The notes under the pieces are model-generated. The model had not been told where the DNA came from. It made no database searches and saw only the letters and a list, made by a program, of their open reading frames with translations. Positions 10,581 through 22,734 of a stretch of 64,000 nucleotides of DNA are shown here, piece after piece. The first letter of the stretch is position 1. Each line of letters opens with the position of its first letter. Source of the DNA: Guillardia theta CCMP2712 (Eukaryota; Protista; Cryptophyta); contig NW_005434673.1 of the NCBI RefSeq assembly GCF_000315625.1, positions 529,792-593,791 on the forward strand, read 5' to 3'. The position numbers and the translations under genes are program-made.

Positions 10581-12580
10581 TCATGATGGTAGAGAAGCGG
10601 GGGCCTGACGACCTACTATCATCTGCTGCGTGTCGGAAAGTTTCTTGATGACAAGGTTGCCTTGGATCTGGAACTTGAGGTCGATTTGATCAGGATTCCT
10701 GCACGCGGCACATGAGGACAGCGGACAAGAAGTGCAAGGCAAGGCCGGGGACCTCAAAAGTTTCTCATAGTCGTCAGAGATCACAATCTTCTTCTCCACT
10801 TTGAACCGCGGGATCGACGATCGCATCGAACTTATCATCTGCTCCATATCAGTCGAGGCTCGCAGCCTTAGCTTGCCCTTACCGAAGGAGAGTCCTCGAT
10901 GCATCTTGACAGCGACTGGAAGGCATCAGGGAACGAACGACTAGTCCGACAGACAGCAAACCTTGTACTTGCCGTATTCCGGGTTGTACTCTGTAAGCCC
11001 CTTTCCTTCTTCATTCTTCTCCATACTTCTGCTCTGCATGCTCTGCCACCATCTCTTCATCACCACGAGGCTGTGCCATCGGGGCGCTACGCACCTGCGC
11101 TCCAAAGTATCTCCTTGGAGACTCCTGCACGCGCTTGGCGATGCTTCCTTCCCCCCTAGGACAGTTTTCTAGATTGTAGAAAGCCTGTATGTTTGGCTGG
11201 GGCTTGGCGGCAGAGAAGCGAGGAGTGCTGCTGTTGAGGTTCGAGTATCTCCTGGGAGAGGTCAAGATGCTGCAAGCCACTGTAGGTTTGATAGGGCAGT
11301 TCTCGAGATCGTAATGACTTCTTGGAGTGTTCTCGTCCCTGATCGTGTCGAATTTGAAGGGTTTGGCGATAGCAAAGAACGGATTCCCCGAAGTCTGCGT
11401 CGCCTTCCAGATCGATTTCTTGTTCCCGCTGTCCACGTCGTAGAACCTGTCCGATGCCGCATACGAAGTCTTGGACTCTTTTCGCCCCGTAGCTAGGAAT
11501 GAGCTGATACAAAGCAGATAAGGAGAAAGCACAAGAACTTATGCACCCTGAAGCAACTCACCTCTTGCAACCTGATTTCTCTTGCGCGCTCGTTGCAATG
11601 GTTGTCTTATTCAGGACGTCAAGCTTGTATATCGCATCAGGGACAGCTGAATGGCATTAGCAAGTGACGATGAAACTGTTTAGCATCTCACCATGATGCG
11701 GTTCATGAATACGAGGAGAGGATGAATTCATGATCGCATACCGCCTTGGTGACTTGTGCAGGCGGCTGAACCAAGAAGTGACTCAAGACATGAAGAGAGC
11801 AGCATCAAGTGAAGCAGGCATATCAGAATTTTCAACAACTCACTATGACAGATCGTGGAGCTTTGAATCATAGTCTCCGTGCACCTGATCAACCCTTCAG
11901 AAACGCACGGAGCATATACGTTGATATACGAACCTCTGTCTCAACCTCCGCTCTGGGAGTCTTGGACTTCATGATGCTGTACTTTTGCGGAGACGATTGT
12001 ACTGCCTGGAAGAAAGCAACATGATACATGCACGGCTGCAGTCATGGTCAAACCTTGACGAGATCTATCTTATTCATGGTATTGACTTCATAGGTTGCCT
12101 CAGGTAGAGATGAGTTTCGTGCCGGAAACCTGGTTGTTCGTAAGAATCAGTTCGCCGCCATTGCACAGGATAGGAGAAGCTGCGACACATGCTTCACCTC
12201 GGCTCTGTAAAGTTGAAGGAGTAGTTCCGGTGATCATCTGCGGGAGAATGACTTCAACGTAGCAGGAAAGAAGGGTTAGCACCCTGGACCCTCTTAGCTA
12301 TCGTTGACTTGTTGAGGTGGTCTATGTCGTACACGAGATCACTAGTTGGTTCGATCGCAGAGGACTTCACGCTGGGCTTCCGGAAAGTCGATGCATACTT
12401 CCGCGGCGAGGTCTGGACGTCATTGGACAGCTCCCCCACCTTCACGTTATAGAACAGATTTCGACTCTCATTCTGTGCGCCGACATCTTTGAACCTATCT
12501 ATGTTTGATTTGAAAGCAGCTGCATACAGCCGAGGAGAGGATGCAATCTCTGCGTCAAGCTCTTGAACCGTGAGTGGCAT
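10581..12580 (-). CDS. Multi-exon repeat protein with SP(R/Q)(R/K/L)Y motifs (possible flagellar/microtubule-associated protein)
   Basis: SSPRLY, TSPRKY, SSPQKY, KSPRRY, TSPRRY and ESPRRY, several preceded by Y(D/N)xxxxxKxTIA-like segments. Short GT-AG introns. Confidence 0.65.
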
Positions 12581-14486
12581 CACCAATGCTTCCTCTGACT
12601 CTCCTTGAGCCCACGTCAGGAAACGGCACTGCTCTCGGGGCTATAACCCTTCCCCTCTCGAGGGCAAAGACCCTCCTCTTCCAGATAAGATCACAGCTCA
12701 AGGAAGTCAGCTCATTGCAAGCGCAGGTTGTGCTTCAACCTTGCCTCCTCCTCCTCCTCCTCCTCTCTCCTTGACTCTCGTCGCCCAACTAACCGCATGT
12801 CCGCACAACGGCCCAATATAACGGTGAAATCTGCTGTGTAACGGAAAAGGTCCATCGGGCCGCGCCGGCTCCGGCCCGGCCGGTTCATTGATGATCACTC
12901 AACTTCGATGAGAAAATTTGATTAAAAACTTTCCAAACCAGCTTGCGACTGGGCGCCGCCGGGCAGGGTAGGAGTCAGGCCCGGCCACCCGGCCCGCCCG
13001 GGCTATTCCCCAGATCTGTCGCGAATTGTACCCTCATCCCCTCCGACCCTTTTCGAGCACCCCACCCCACTATGGAGTACCCCACCCCAGAATTTCATCA
13101 TCACCCCACCCTTGTGGTATCACGTCTCGGTTTCCCCTAAAGTTGTAGAGCTGATCCCCTTCTTTCCACACCCCATCCTTCTTTTTAATACCCCACATTT
13201 TAATATGAATGTAACGGGTACAATGCTGATGATTATATACCCCCACCCCATCCATTGCAGCGGCTCCTGGAATTTTCGTTTCTGACCAGTCCGAAAGGCT
13301 GGTTGTTCTGACCCCACCCCGTTAAGCAACGATCATCACCCTACCCATTCCCCAAGAAGATTGACAACCCTTCCCAGACCAAATAGTACCCCCACCCCAC
13401 TCCCCACCCCCTCTGCAACGAGCTGTCTCAACCGCCCTTCACACACGAAACAGAAAAAGAGCAGACACATTGGACTACCCCCTGAACCCCTTCAGTACTA
13501 CCCCTACCTCATCTCCGAGCCACCCACAAAAAGGGGTGGAGCAGGAATTCTCCACATGCGGCTCTTCGAGGAAACCACCGGTCATTCTATACTGAATAAG
13601 TCGGAGAGTACCCCTCCCATTCGCATCTATTAGAAACATTGCTGTCATGACCCATGCGAACCTCCATGTCAAAAACAACCACCCCCTTTATGAGCCAATA
13701 AATGACCCCTACCCATCCCTCCTCGCGTCGTCAGGGGTACCGATTGCAACTTGGGGAATAATTCTTCCCCAAATTTACTACATTCCACGAATTTTGAAAA
13801 CACATCTCTTTGGAATTGATGACGGGGGGGTGGTATCACCGGTACCTCTGACTGAAGCAATAGGGGTACTCGTTGTTTCCTCCTATCACCGGTCATTTCG
13901 TCTTCAAGTTCCCTGGTAGGGTAGTGAATAAGTACCGGAGTTTACGACCGACAAAGTACGGGTAGCGATGTCCGATCTGCTGCACCCGTCCTGCTTATAG
14001 GAAAAGAAGGGGTGTGCCGCATTTCAATGCACCGGTCTCTTTCTCATAAAAAAGAGGGGTGCTTCTCTAAATATAACGGGGAGATCCAGATAATTCACCA
14101 CCTACATTTCATTCATACCTACCGGTAGTTTACACCAGATTTTTGTGGTCCGAAGCGTGGTAGGGTGACTACCCCCACCCCCACTTTCTCTACCCCCACC
14201 ATATCCACGTTTCCTCCAGTCTGGCTTGCATCCTCCCCGATCTCGCCGCCACTCTCGTGGTGTTCCTCCTCTCTCCCCCCTCCCCCCCTCCCTCCCCCCT
14301 CCCTCCTCCCTCTCCCTCCCTTCTTCCGGACGAGCTTCTTGGCGCACACAGCATCTCGTCCTTCCCCGAAGCTAGACCCGTTGCCCTGTACGTCGCCAGA
14401 TTTCATCCGTTTCGTGAGCGAAAGTAGAATCTAGCAGAATACGACCAATCGTGAAATTTTCAAACTGGCGAGACCAGGTTGCAACA

Positions 14487-15110
14487 ATGTCGGTGGTTCA
14501 TCACTCTCCGAAGTTGACTTGTTACGATTTTGTGGACTGTAGCCCTACAAACTCTGATTATTACACTTCGGAAGTGAAGTTTGATCCGCAATCTCTCACG
14601 TGCCTGCTACGTGCGGAAGAAGAAAGAATACCGCAATGCTGGAGGCGTTTCGATGAAGAACTATGCAGAACAGAGAGAATATCTATCAAAAAATTGATTG
14701 GCAGCTTAGAATCTGACAGGGATGGAAGCTCTAGCTCGTATTCAAGCAGCACCTACAACAGCGGGACTGAATCTTCGCATACATCTCCTCATGTTTCGTT
14801 TGCTTCGACTGAACTGCGGCGGGGTTCTAGCAGGGCATCGCAGTTGAGTCTGTCGTGGAATGATATCAAGAGGAAGGGTGTCGAATGTGGAAAATCAGCT
14901 TCAAACCTGTTTTGCTCGGCCCCAGTCACAAATATTCGCAATTGGGCTAGGAACCAGAGTATGAAAGTTACCAACATCTCACTTGTTAAGAGCATTGCGA
15001 AAAGGTGCCGAAGCAAAACAGAAATTGAATTGGAGCAGGAAGAACTCATGATGCTTTTTCAATCTGCTTTGAAGTGTGGTTCTGTGAAGTTGGCGGAAGC
15101 AGACAAATAG
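14487..15110 (+). CDS. Hypothetical Ser-rich protein, single exon
   Basis: ~207-aa ORF with no recognised domain. Confidence 0.5.
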   Translation: MSVVHHSPKLTCYDFVDCSPTNSDYYTSEVKFDPQSLTCLLRAEEERIPQCWRRFDEELCRTERISIKKLIGSLESDRDGSSSSYSSSTYNSGTESSHTSPHVSFASTELRRGSSRASQLSLSWNDIKRKGVECGKSASNLFCSAPVTNIRNWARNQSMKVTNISLVKSIAKRCRSKTEIELEQEELMMLFQSALKCGSVKLAEADK

Positions 15111-15117
15111 AACAGGA

Positions 15118-16977
15118 CTAGGGAATATTTGTTTGACATATTCTTTCAAGAAAGTGACATGTACATATAAAAATCTTCTTTAGTTCCGCCTCTCCTTTGA
15201 TATCTGAATAAACCAGAAGCTTCATTGAAACAACAGATCCGATCTCTTCGTGTACCTGGTTTCTCCGTCGATTTTTCACGTCTACATGAGTATTCATTCT
15301 ATGTTGTGCACAAAACCTTGGCGAGAACAAGATGCCACGTAAAGAGAAACATACAATTCAGAGCTAATTTCACATCAATCGTAGGAACTCTTACCGATCT
15401 GTGCTGTTCGGATCGCCATAGCTCGGCCTTCTTTTGCAGCCATCAAAAGAGCATCCTGTTACATCACTCAATCATCTGGGAGGGATCTGCGAGAGAGAAA
15501 ACTGACTGGAATTCTTGAGATCGATGTACCCCGGCAGCTTGTGCTCTGAGCAGAACCTCAACCGTTTCGGTTGTACCTTGGGATCGCCTCCGATCTGAAG
15601 TCAGTACAAATAAAGGAGAAGGGGGAAATCTACCAAAGGATGATTGACGCATGCAGCCTTCTGGGAACTGACACCGTCTGTAGTTCCACCCCTTCCTCGA
15701 TGGACGCCTAGGAGGTGCGTGATGGCTCGCCTTCCTCGACTGCGTGCCCGAGGTGCGGTTGTGAGACCGGAAGAGCACGGCTCGCAGCTTGCAGCGCCAG
15801 ATGGCCTGTGGGTCGACCAGGCCTGAGCCACCAGCCTCATTCTTCTGGCGGGCATCACGAGCGTGCATGGAGCATAGATCCGCTGCTAGGAGCGGGCTCG
15901 GGTCTCTGTCCTGCTCTCCCACTGATCACCAGCATCAAGTCGGGGAGGTGCCTTCACCTCAGAGTGGTTGTCCCTCCTGTGAGTTTGCAGGCAGAGCTGG
16001 AATGAGTCAGAAGCGAAAGCGCCCGACGACACAATCAGTGACCTGAAACCTGCGGAATCGATCGGCAAGGCAGAAGCGAGCAGCTCTGCCGCAGCCGGGG
16101 ATGCTTGTCCTACGGTCAGTAATGGGAAAACCTCGTAGGCCACCATCCTCACCAACACTTGGGAGGTGAGAGCGGCTTGTCTGTTCTGCACTTGTGGAAG
16201 TTGCACCAGGTAGCAGCGATCGTCCATTGGCATCCCTTGACGCAACCTTGAGTTCTTGTATGTCAAGCCTGTGCTGCTCAGGGAAGTCATTTCGAACCTG
16301 CCAACTCACTGCCGTGTGTTGCCTGCCGATAGCAGGTGCCGCATCGCCCTGGAGACGCTTCAGCAGAGGATTCAGCGGCCCCCACACTCTCCACTTGCCA
16401 TGCAGCTCGATGAACTCATCGGACGTGTCGTTGTAGACGTTCACCTCGATGTTCTCGCCATGCTGATTCCAGCCATCAGCCCAGTCTCGCGGGCAGGACA
16501 CGCATACCTTCACGCAGACAACCCCCTCTTCCTTCTGCGAATCACATGGGCATGAGATGAGAAGACGAAAGTGAAAAGTCCAATGACCTGTTGCGATGCA
16601 CATCTGCTGCAATATTCTGCTCTCCACCATCCCGTCGACATGCACAGCAGCCCATATGCTATTTGCTCGTCCCCGCAAAGGTTACATCCGTCGGACAGGA
16701 TCGGATTCGGTCGGATCTCGCTACAGAGAGAACATAGACATTGACCCTCTACGTCCAAGAGAGCATCGAGGTAAGGAGAGGACACGTTCGCGGCACGCCA
16801 TGCACCAGCGGTCGTATCTCTGCTCCCCCCGCGGAGCATGCCCACTGCTGTGCGACAGAGGCTCATGCCTTGAGCTCTGATGTCATCCCAGCCACGTGAG
16901 GGCGAGAGAGGTGCTACCATGATACAACAGGAGAGGAGGAGGAGCAGGGAGCCGCTCTGCTGCCCCCTCCGCCTCAT
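15118..16977 (-). CDS. Multi-exon protein with signal peptide + LRGG and EsV-1-7-type cysteine-rich repeats
   Basis: RRCQFPEGCMRQSSFG / RFCSEHKLPGYIDLKN / RCSFDGCKRRPSYGDP / PRFCAQHRMNTHVDVKNRR match the EsV-1-7 pattern C..GC.K.PSYG...FC..H....VDV. The N-terminus is hydrophobic. Confidence 0.7.
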
Positions 16978-17099
16978 CCTCCTTCCATGCCATCCCCCGA
17001 CGGAAGCAGATTTGAGGTGTACCAGTACAGGCCTAGAGGAGGTGGGTAGTCGAAGGGGAAAATACGGGTGGGTGGTCGAACTGTTTGGTGGGCGGCAGG

Positions 17100-18119
17100 A
17101 TGGGATGGCGAGGCTGGTGCCTGCTAGTGTACATGATGGCTAGTGCGAGGACAGGAGGAGGAGAAGCAGTTGTAAGCTCGTTCTTCGTCTCTCCTCCTCC
17201 TCAACTTGCTGCTGCTGCTGCTACTACTACTACTGCTCCTCCTCCTCCTCCTTCCTCATGGTGTCTGGTACCCAGAGCAGCAAGGAGCTCTTTCCAAGAC
17301 CTGGGATCTAGGTGTCGATCCTTCGCGGTTGCGGCTGCCAAGACGGGAGGGAGGGGAGGAGAGAGGGAGGGGATCAGGGATCATCAGCAGGATGTGGCAA
17401 GAGACTCTGCCATCGAGAGCGTCTACTTGAGCTATATCGACCTCGACCTCCCTCCCGGACTGCAAGGCCTGGCCGGCCTGTCCTCCAAGCTTCCCGTGAT
17501 AGGAAACTCCCCCCTCCCCCTTCACAGGATCGTTCATCTGACTGAGAGCCTGCAGGGCGCATGTTCCAGCACCAGATGATCATCGTCAAGCTCAAGTCCT
17601 CCAACCTTGTCCTGTTCGACTTCGAACCTCTGGACAAGACCTCGTGAGCAGAAGACGCGGCAGTCGACGCTACCGATGACGTTGCCATGGCAGGCCGTTG
17701 GTCGCAGCGACGCTGCTACTGGGTGGGAGGGTGCCAGGGCGGCTGCGATCAAGGGAGCTGCAGAGCGTTCCAAGGTTGAGGGAGTTTGAGGACACAGCCA
17801 ACCTGAAGTTTCGCAGGAACAGCGTGCTCGTAGGGAATGCAAAGGAAGGAACGACGCTGGCAAGCATCGACAGGATGTAAGCATTTCTCTGCCATGCATT
17901 GTGATACTCCTCCTCGTCCTCCTCGTGATCACCATCATATTATCAATATCATCATTCATCACCAACAGCATTACACCCTCCATCGGATGCACCGTGACAA
18001 ACAACAACCTCCTACAAATCTGACTGCTTCCCAGAAACGGTGAATGGGACTGCAACCTGCGCCTGCTACGGAACGACTGCCGGCATTACTGCGCTAAGAT
18101 CATCAACGATGTCTGCTGA
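17100..18119 (+). CDS. Putative plastid-targeted permuted papain-like (PPPDE/LRAT-like) protein
   Basis: Signal-like N-terminus followed by SSFF. Spliced: FQHQMIIV...LFDFEPLDKTS/PLVAATLLLGGRVPGRLR.../WDCNLRLLRNDCRHYCAKII, with His before an NDCRHY Cys motif. Confidence 0.55.
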
Positions 18120-18232
18120 GGTGGAGCTCGAGGGAAAAGTAAAGGCTGTAGACTTGACGATGCGGAAGTGAAGCGCGGCAGGTGAAGTGATGCAAGTGGA
18201 GTGAAGCTTTTTGCTTCACTTGACTTGCAGCG

Positions 18233-20236
18233 TTACAATGGTGACGGGCACCTGAGATTGGCTGTGAGAACAAGAAGGAAGGTTTCCCTCCCGCTCTCAC
18301 CTCGCTCCTGTTCCTGTCGTACCGATCCTGCAGGACTTGTCACTCTTGGAGGAGGATCTCCAGGTCCCCTCACCTGTTCCTGCACGATCTTCTCTCCTCC
18401 AAATGCTAACAGCATCTGCCATGACAGCATCATCATCCCCTCTCCTACCATTGCCGCTCACTTGTGTAGGATGCCATGCAAGCTTCCTCGCGAACGATCT
18501 CGTCTCGAGCTTCATGATCGTCTCCCCGGTAGAGACTTGGCACTGAACGTGACACGGGCTCCCAGTGAGCGCGAGGGACAAGATGCGATCAACACTTACC
18601 AGGTCGATCAGCTTGCGGCTTGAGGCCGAAGGTCTCTCTGCATCATCGTTGTCAGCCCATCCCCTCCTCCTCGTCAAGAGCTTTCATCACCGACGTCCGC
18701 TACCCCTGCCAAGATTTGCCCATCATGGCTGAAGGATAAGCATCCAACGCCCTCCCTGCATCCAGTCACTCCCCTCCCGTCGTTGTCAGCTCTTCCTCAC
18801 TCCAAGGACGAGCAGGCGGGTCGGAGGCAGACTATCTCGTTGGCATCCCAGAGGCAGGAGGATCCGTCATATGCTCCTGTTGCAAAGTGGCTGCTGCTCG
18901 TCAGCCGCTGATCCACCGCATGCTAGCAGCTCTTGTCACCTTCCCGACCGATCCATCGCGATGGCAGTGCAGTTTGCGGTATGTGCTAGGAGGAAGTGTC
19001 AAAGACGCCGGCAAGACGGGGGGCAGATCTTCGACTGCTTGCTTCCTCACCGACAAAGTTGTGCACTGACTTGAGGCGATCGCTTTCAGTCTCCTGCGCC
19101 GCATCAACACGGATGACTTCCTGTGGTTCATATAGGAAAAAGAGTGAGGAGGAGACGACTTTAGGAATACGGCACGTACCACAACCCCTTTCTCTTGCGA
19201 GTCAAGCTTCTGCCGCCCAGCACACATAAGGACGCAATTATTCCCGTGCCAAACGAGCTCGTTGACCTAGATTCAACATCGGCTTCTGCAGTTGATAGAG
19301 GTATGACAATTACCCAATACTCCTTGTCGAAGGAAAGATTTGCAAGCGTCTTGTTCTTGTTGCTCCGTATGTCAATCAGGCGAACATTTTCCGACTGGCA
19401 TCAGGCGGAACAGAAATCAATGGTTTGCCCAATCCCAAAGAAAGGACGGCATGAAGAAGGTGGTACAGAGGGCGAGATCAAGACAGGCAGAGAGAACGAG
19501 AGAAGTAGACTAAGGAGAGATGAGCGAGAAGGCATGCCTTGTCGCTAATCATCAGCATCGTTCCATCCGGACTGAAGAACAGAAATCTCAGTCAACACAC
19601 GGGGGACGATCACCTGCACACTCACCTGAAGGAAACATTCAGCACGTCATCCTCTGCATCGATCTTGAAGCTCTTCTTCGCTGTCCAAGATTTCAGCGCC
19701 TTCCTCGCCCCATCCTCCCTGACCTCGAATGTCCCAAAGTCGCACGATCTTGTCGGAGGATGCAGTCGCAAGGACCTACCAAAGGTGAGCCTGCAACCTC
19801 CCCACACACAACAGCAGATCTACGTCCGAGTTGGTCGGGCTCCAGCTCAGCCCTTCCACTCCTTCCTTGTGGTCTTCGAGGACCAGCTCTCTCCCCTGAA
19901 CCAACAGCTTCACCTCATATCTTTCATCGGCAGCACCCTACAGACCTCTTTGTGTGAGTCCACAGTCCACACCCTTGCGGTCTGGTCTGAGGACCCTGTG
20001 GCAAGCTTCTTCCCGTCGCAGTTCCATGAGATGGCGTTGATGGCCTTGCCATGACCATTGAGTGATGACTGCGAAACGTTTGAGAATACATGGTGTCAAC
20101 TCATTGTGTGATGTTCATGGCAAGCAAACAATTATCACCTCGTGCGTTTTGGCCAGTTTCATTTCTTCAAGGTATCTGTCATTTCTGCCTCAGCCATGAC
20201 GCAAGAACGTACGGACACACATAGAAAACGGATACA
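18233..20236 (-). CDS. THOC3: THO complex subunit 3 (TEX1), WD40 repeat, multi-exon
   Basis: GHGKAINAISWNCDGKKLATGSSDQTARVW; DHKEGVEGLSWSPTNSD; VNELVW; FATGAYDGSSCLWDANEIVCLR; LSFSHDGK; VSTGETIMKLE...LAWHPTQ/MLLAF, collinear with THOC3. Confidence 0.8.
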
Positions 20237-20755
20237 TCGATAATGAGATTGTTCCTCTCCCTAACCAACTCCCATCTCCCGCCATCATTAGTTCTTGTCC
20301 TCTGGACGGAGGGACGCCTCTGTTCTTCCACGAAGGCTCCTTACGGTCCTCCCATTCCATTCTCCTCTTCTCCCTTCCCTCCGAATGTTCTGACCATCCC
20401 CAAGATCTCCCCTCCATCTTTCCAAGCATCTTCCGCATCTTTCGTCCCTCTATCCTCTCTCTTCCTCCCTCTCTCCTCACTGCTTCTCCCACCCTCTTCC
20501 CTCGCCCGGCATATCGCTCGCTTGCGCCGTTACAGATCCTCACATAACCGTTATATTATTAGCAGATTACTGAGGCCGGCCGGGTCGCGGCGGGCCGGGC
20601 CCGGCCGGGCTCTAAAGGACCAAAAGGAACCAGCCGCGGGCGGCGCCGTGCAGCTAGAATATTGATTACAAGGCCTGAATATTGACTATAAAACATGAAC
20701 TCATTGACTAAAACACTCACACCGGGCTCATCCCAAAATAGAAGCGCAGGCGGCA

Positions 20756-21541
20756 ATGGCATATGCGCCGCCGCACAGTGCTCGCCAGTTCAATGTGGTG
20801 ATCCCCAGGGCTGATCGGCATACTCAGCAGAAGAAGCAGGTGCCTATGACTTGCGTCCCCCCCCACATCCCTTTGCTTCCTTTCCGGGATCCCCCGATCA
20901 TTGAACCCGTCCGTGGAAGGTGTTTGACATACAACTACAGGTCCTTTCGATCATCCCGGTCATGGCCATTGGGCTCATCGCTACTCTGTGCATCCTCCAC
21001 ACTGCTCAGTGGAAGGGAAAGACCACTGTCCTCTTTGGTGCAGGTGAAGAGGCTGCGGAGGCACATGTAAGTGTCTCACCGTCGGTTTTCACCGGTTGTG
21101 CATGAGGTGTACTGACTCTGGGTCAGGCCATAGCCAAGGCTGCTGCCTTGGGCAAGGACGCTGTTTCTGCTAAGCTTCCACCGGTGAGTCTGAGAAGACA
21201 TGTGTTCGAACTTCGTTGATGGACTTTGACATCAGGTATCCAAGGACATCATGGAGGAGGTTGAGAAGGCAGAGAAGGAGCAGCAAGGCGAGATGAACGT
21301 GGAAAAGCAATTTGCGATGGGCGAGGACTCAGTCAGCAGCGACGGCCACAATGGCGATCTCCGCAAAAAAGCTGTTTCAAAGAAAGCTTTGCACGCTCAG
21401 GGACTCATCCAGAAATCTGTTGCTGTTCACAAGAAGCTCGCAGCCAAACCAGCAATGGTCAAGGCATCGGCCAAGAAGCTTGCTCTTCACCACATTGCCA
21501 ACAACAATGTCAGAGCTCATTTGATTAAGCACAAGCTGTAA
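20756..21541 (+). CDS. Hypothetical type II membrane protein, multi-exon, K/A/H-rich tail
   Basis: Exons MAYAPP...KKQ / VLSIIPVMAIGLIATLCIL (TM) / ... / ORF 21251-21541. Confidence 0.6.
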
Positions 21542-22734
21542 GCTTGATCGTCGAGCCTGACGTGAAGGAAGAGCCTGGACAGATTAACAATTCAGTGTTT
21601 TGAAAGAATGAGTTGCACTTTTCTTTTTCTCTTGCAAAATATCAGGCAGGGCTGTGATTTGGAACTTTTCTGTTTCAGATTCGGAGGATTTCAGCAGTCT
21701 GTCTTAACAAATTGAATAAAAGACAAAAATGGTTGCTGTGGGGGTTTGTTCTGTGTGGTTTGGAGACAATTTAAGCTGAAGCAAATTGAATACGAATCAA
21801 ACTTGGTCGTTAGAGATCTTTTTCCGTTGTCCATGTCCACCCATGTCTTCCCATCTTGCCTGGTTCAATATTGAGTTGCTTTCGCAGAGGACGTCACGTT
21901 ATAGAACTGATCCCAAGAAAAAGCAGAACTGAAGAAATCACAAACAAGAAGAAGCACAGAAGGGGACAGGTAAGCCGCTCAAGGAGCGAAGGAAAGGATC
22001 AGTAGCTCGCTGCTCAGAGTTTCTTCGTTATTCTCATCCCTCAACGATCTACAAAGAAATTCAGCGTGAACAAATTTTTCTGGCACTTTGGATTTGTTGG
22101 TGACATGGCAGTTATGGGTGGGGCACTTATTCTACCGGGTACTATATCACAAAATAATCAGTGAAAGACAGGGGTACAAATAATTATAATGGGGTGGTAC
22201 AGTTTTGTGAAAGAACGATCTAGATCCCAGGTCAGATCGACATGGCAAGGACCAGGCAAGTGATGGTGGGAGGGACGAGGATGAGCGGGAGGGTAAGGAG
22301 GAGGGGACGAGGAAATGGAGGCAAAGCAGGCAAAGTGTATGGCGAACGATCCTTGTTCTTAGACAGGATTGAGCTCAGGGAGATGGAGGAGAACAAGGGG
22401 TGTACAATCGAATGTGGGAATGAAACGGGGGAGGGTATACACATGGTCGAGGCCTGCAGTATCTTTGTTTCGGCCATGGTGTCGAAATTCGCGAAAGTAA
22501 TTACGAGGACATTGATAGGATGTTGAGAATGGAAGGCTATCCTTGCCGTGCCGGATAACCATTCGGTCAGTGCTGGATCGTTGTCTGCAGCATCCAAGAG
22601 TAGCGAGAAGCAGAGGAACGACCCATTCCGATGTTGTCGACGATGTCAATGATGTCAATAATGTCGGAGATGCTAATCATGTCAAAGATGGCCAGAAACA
22701 GAATGATGAGGGAAATCACCAGTCAGTTTCCAGC

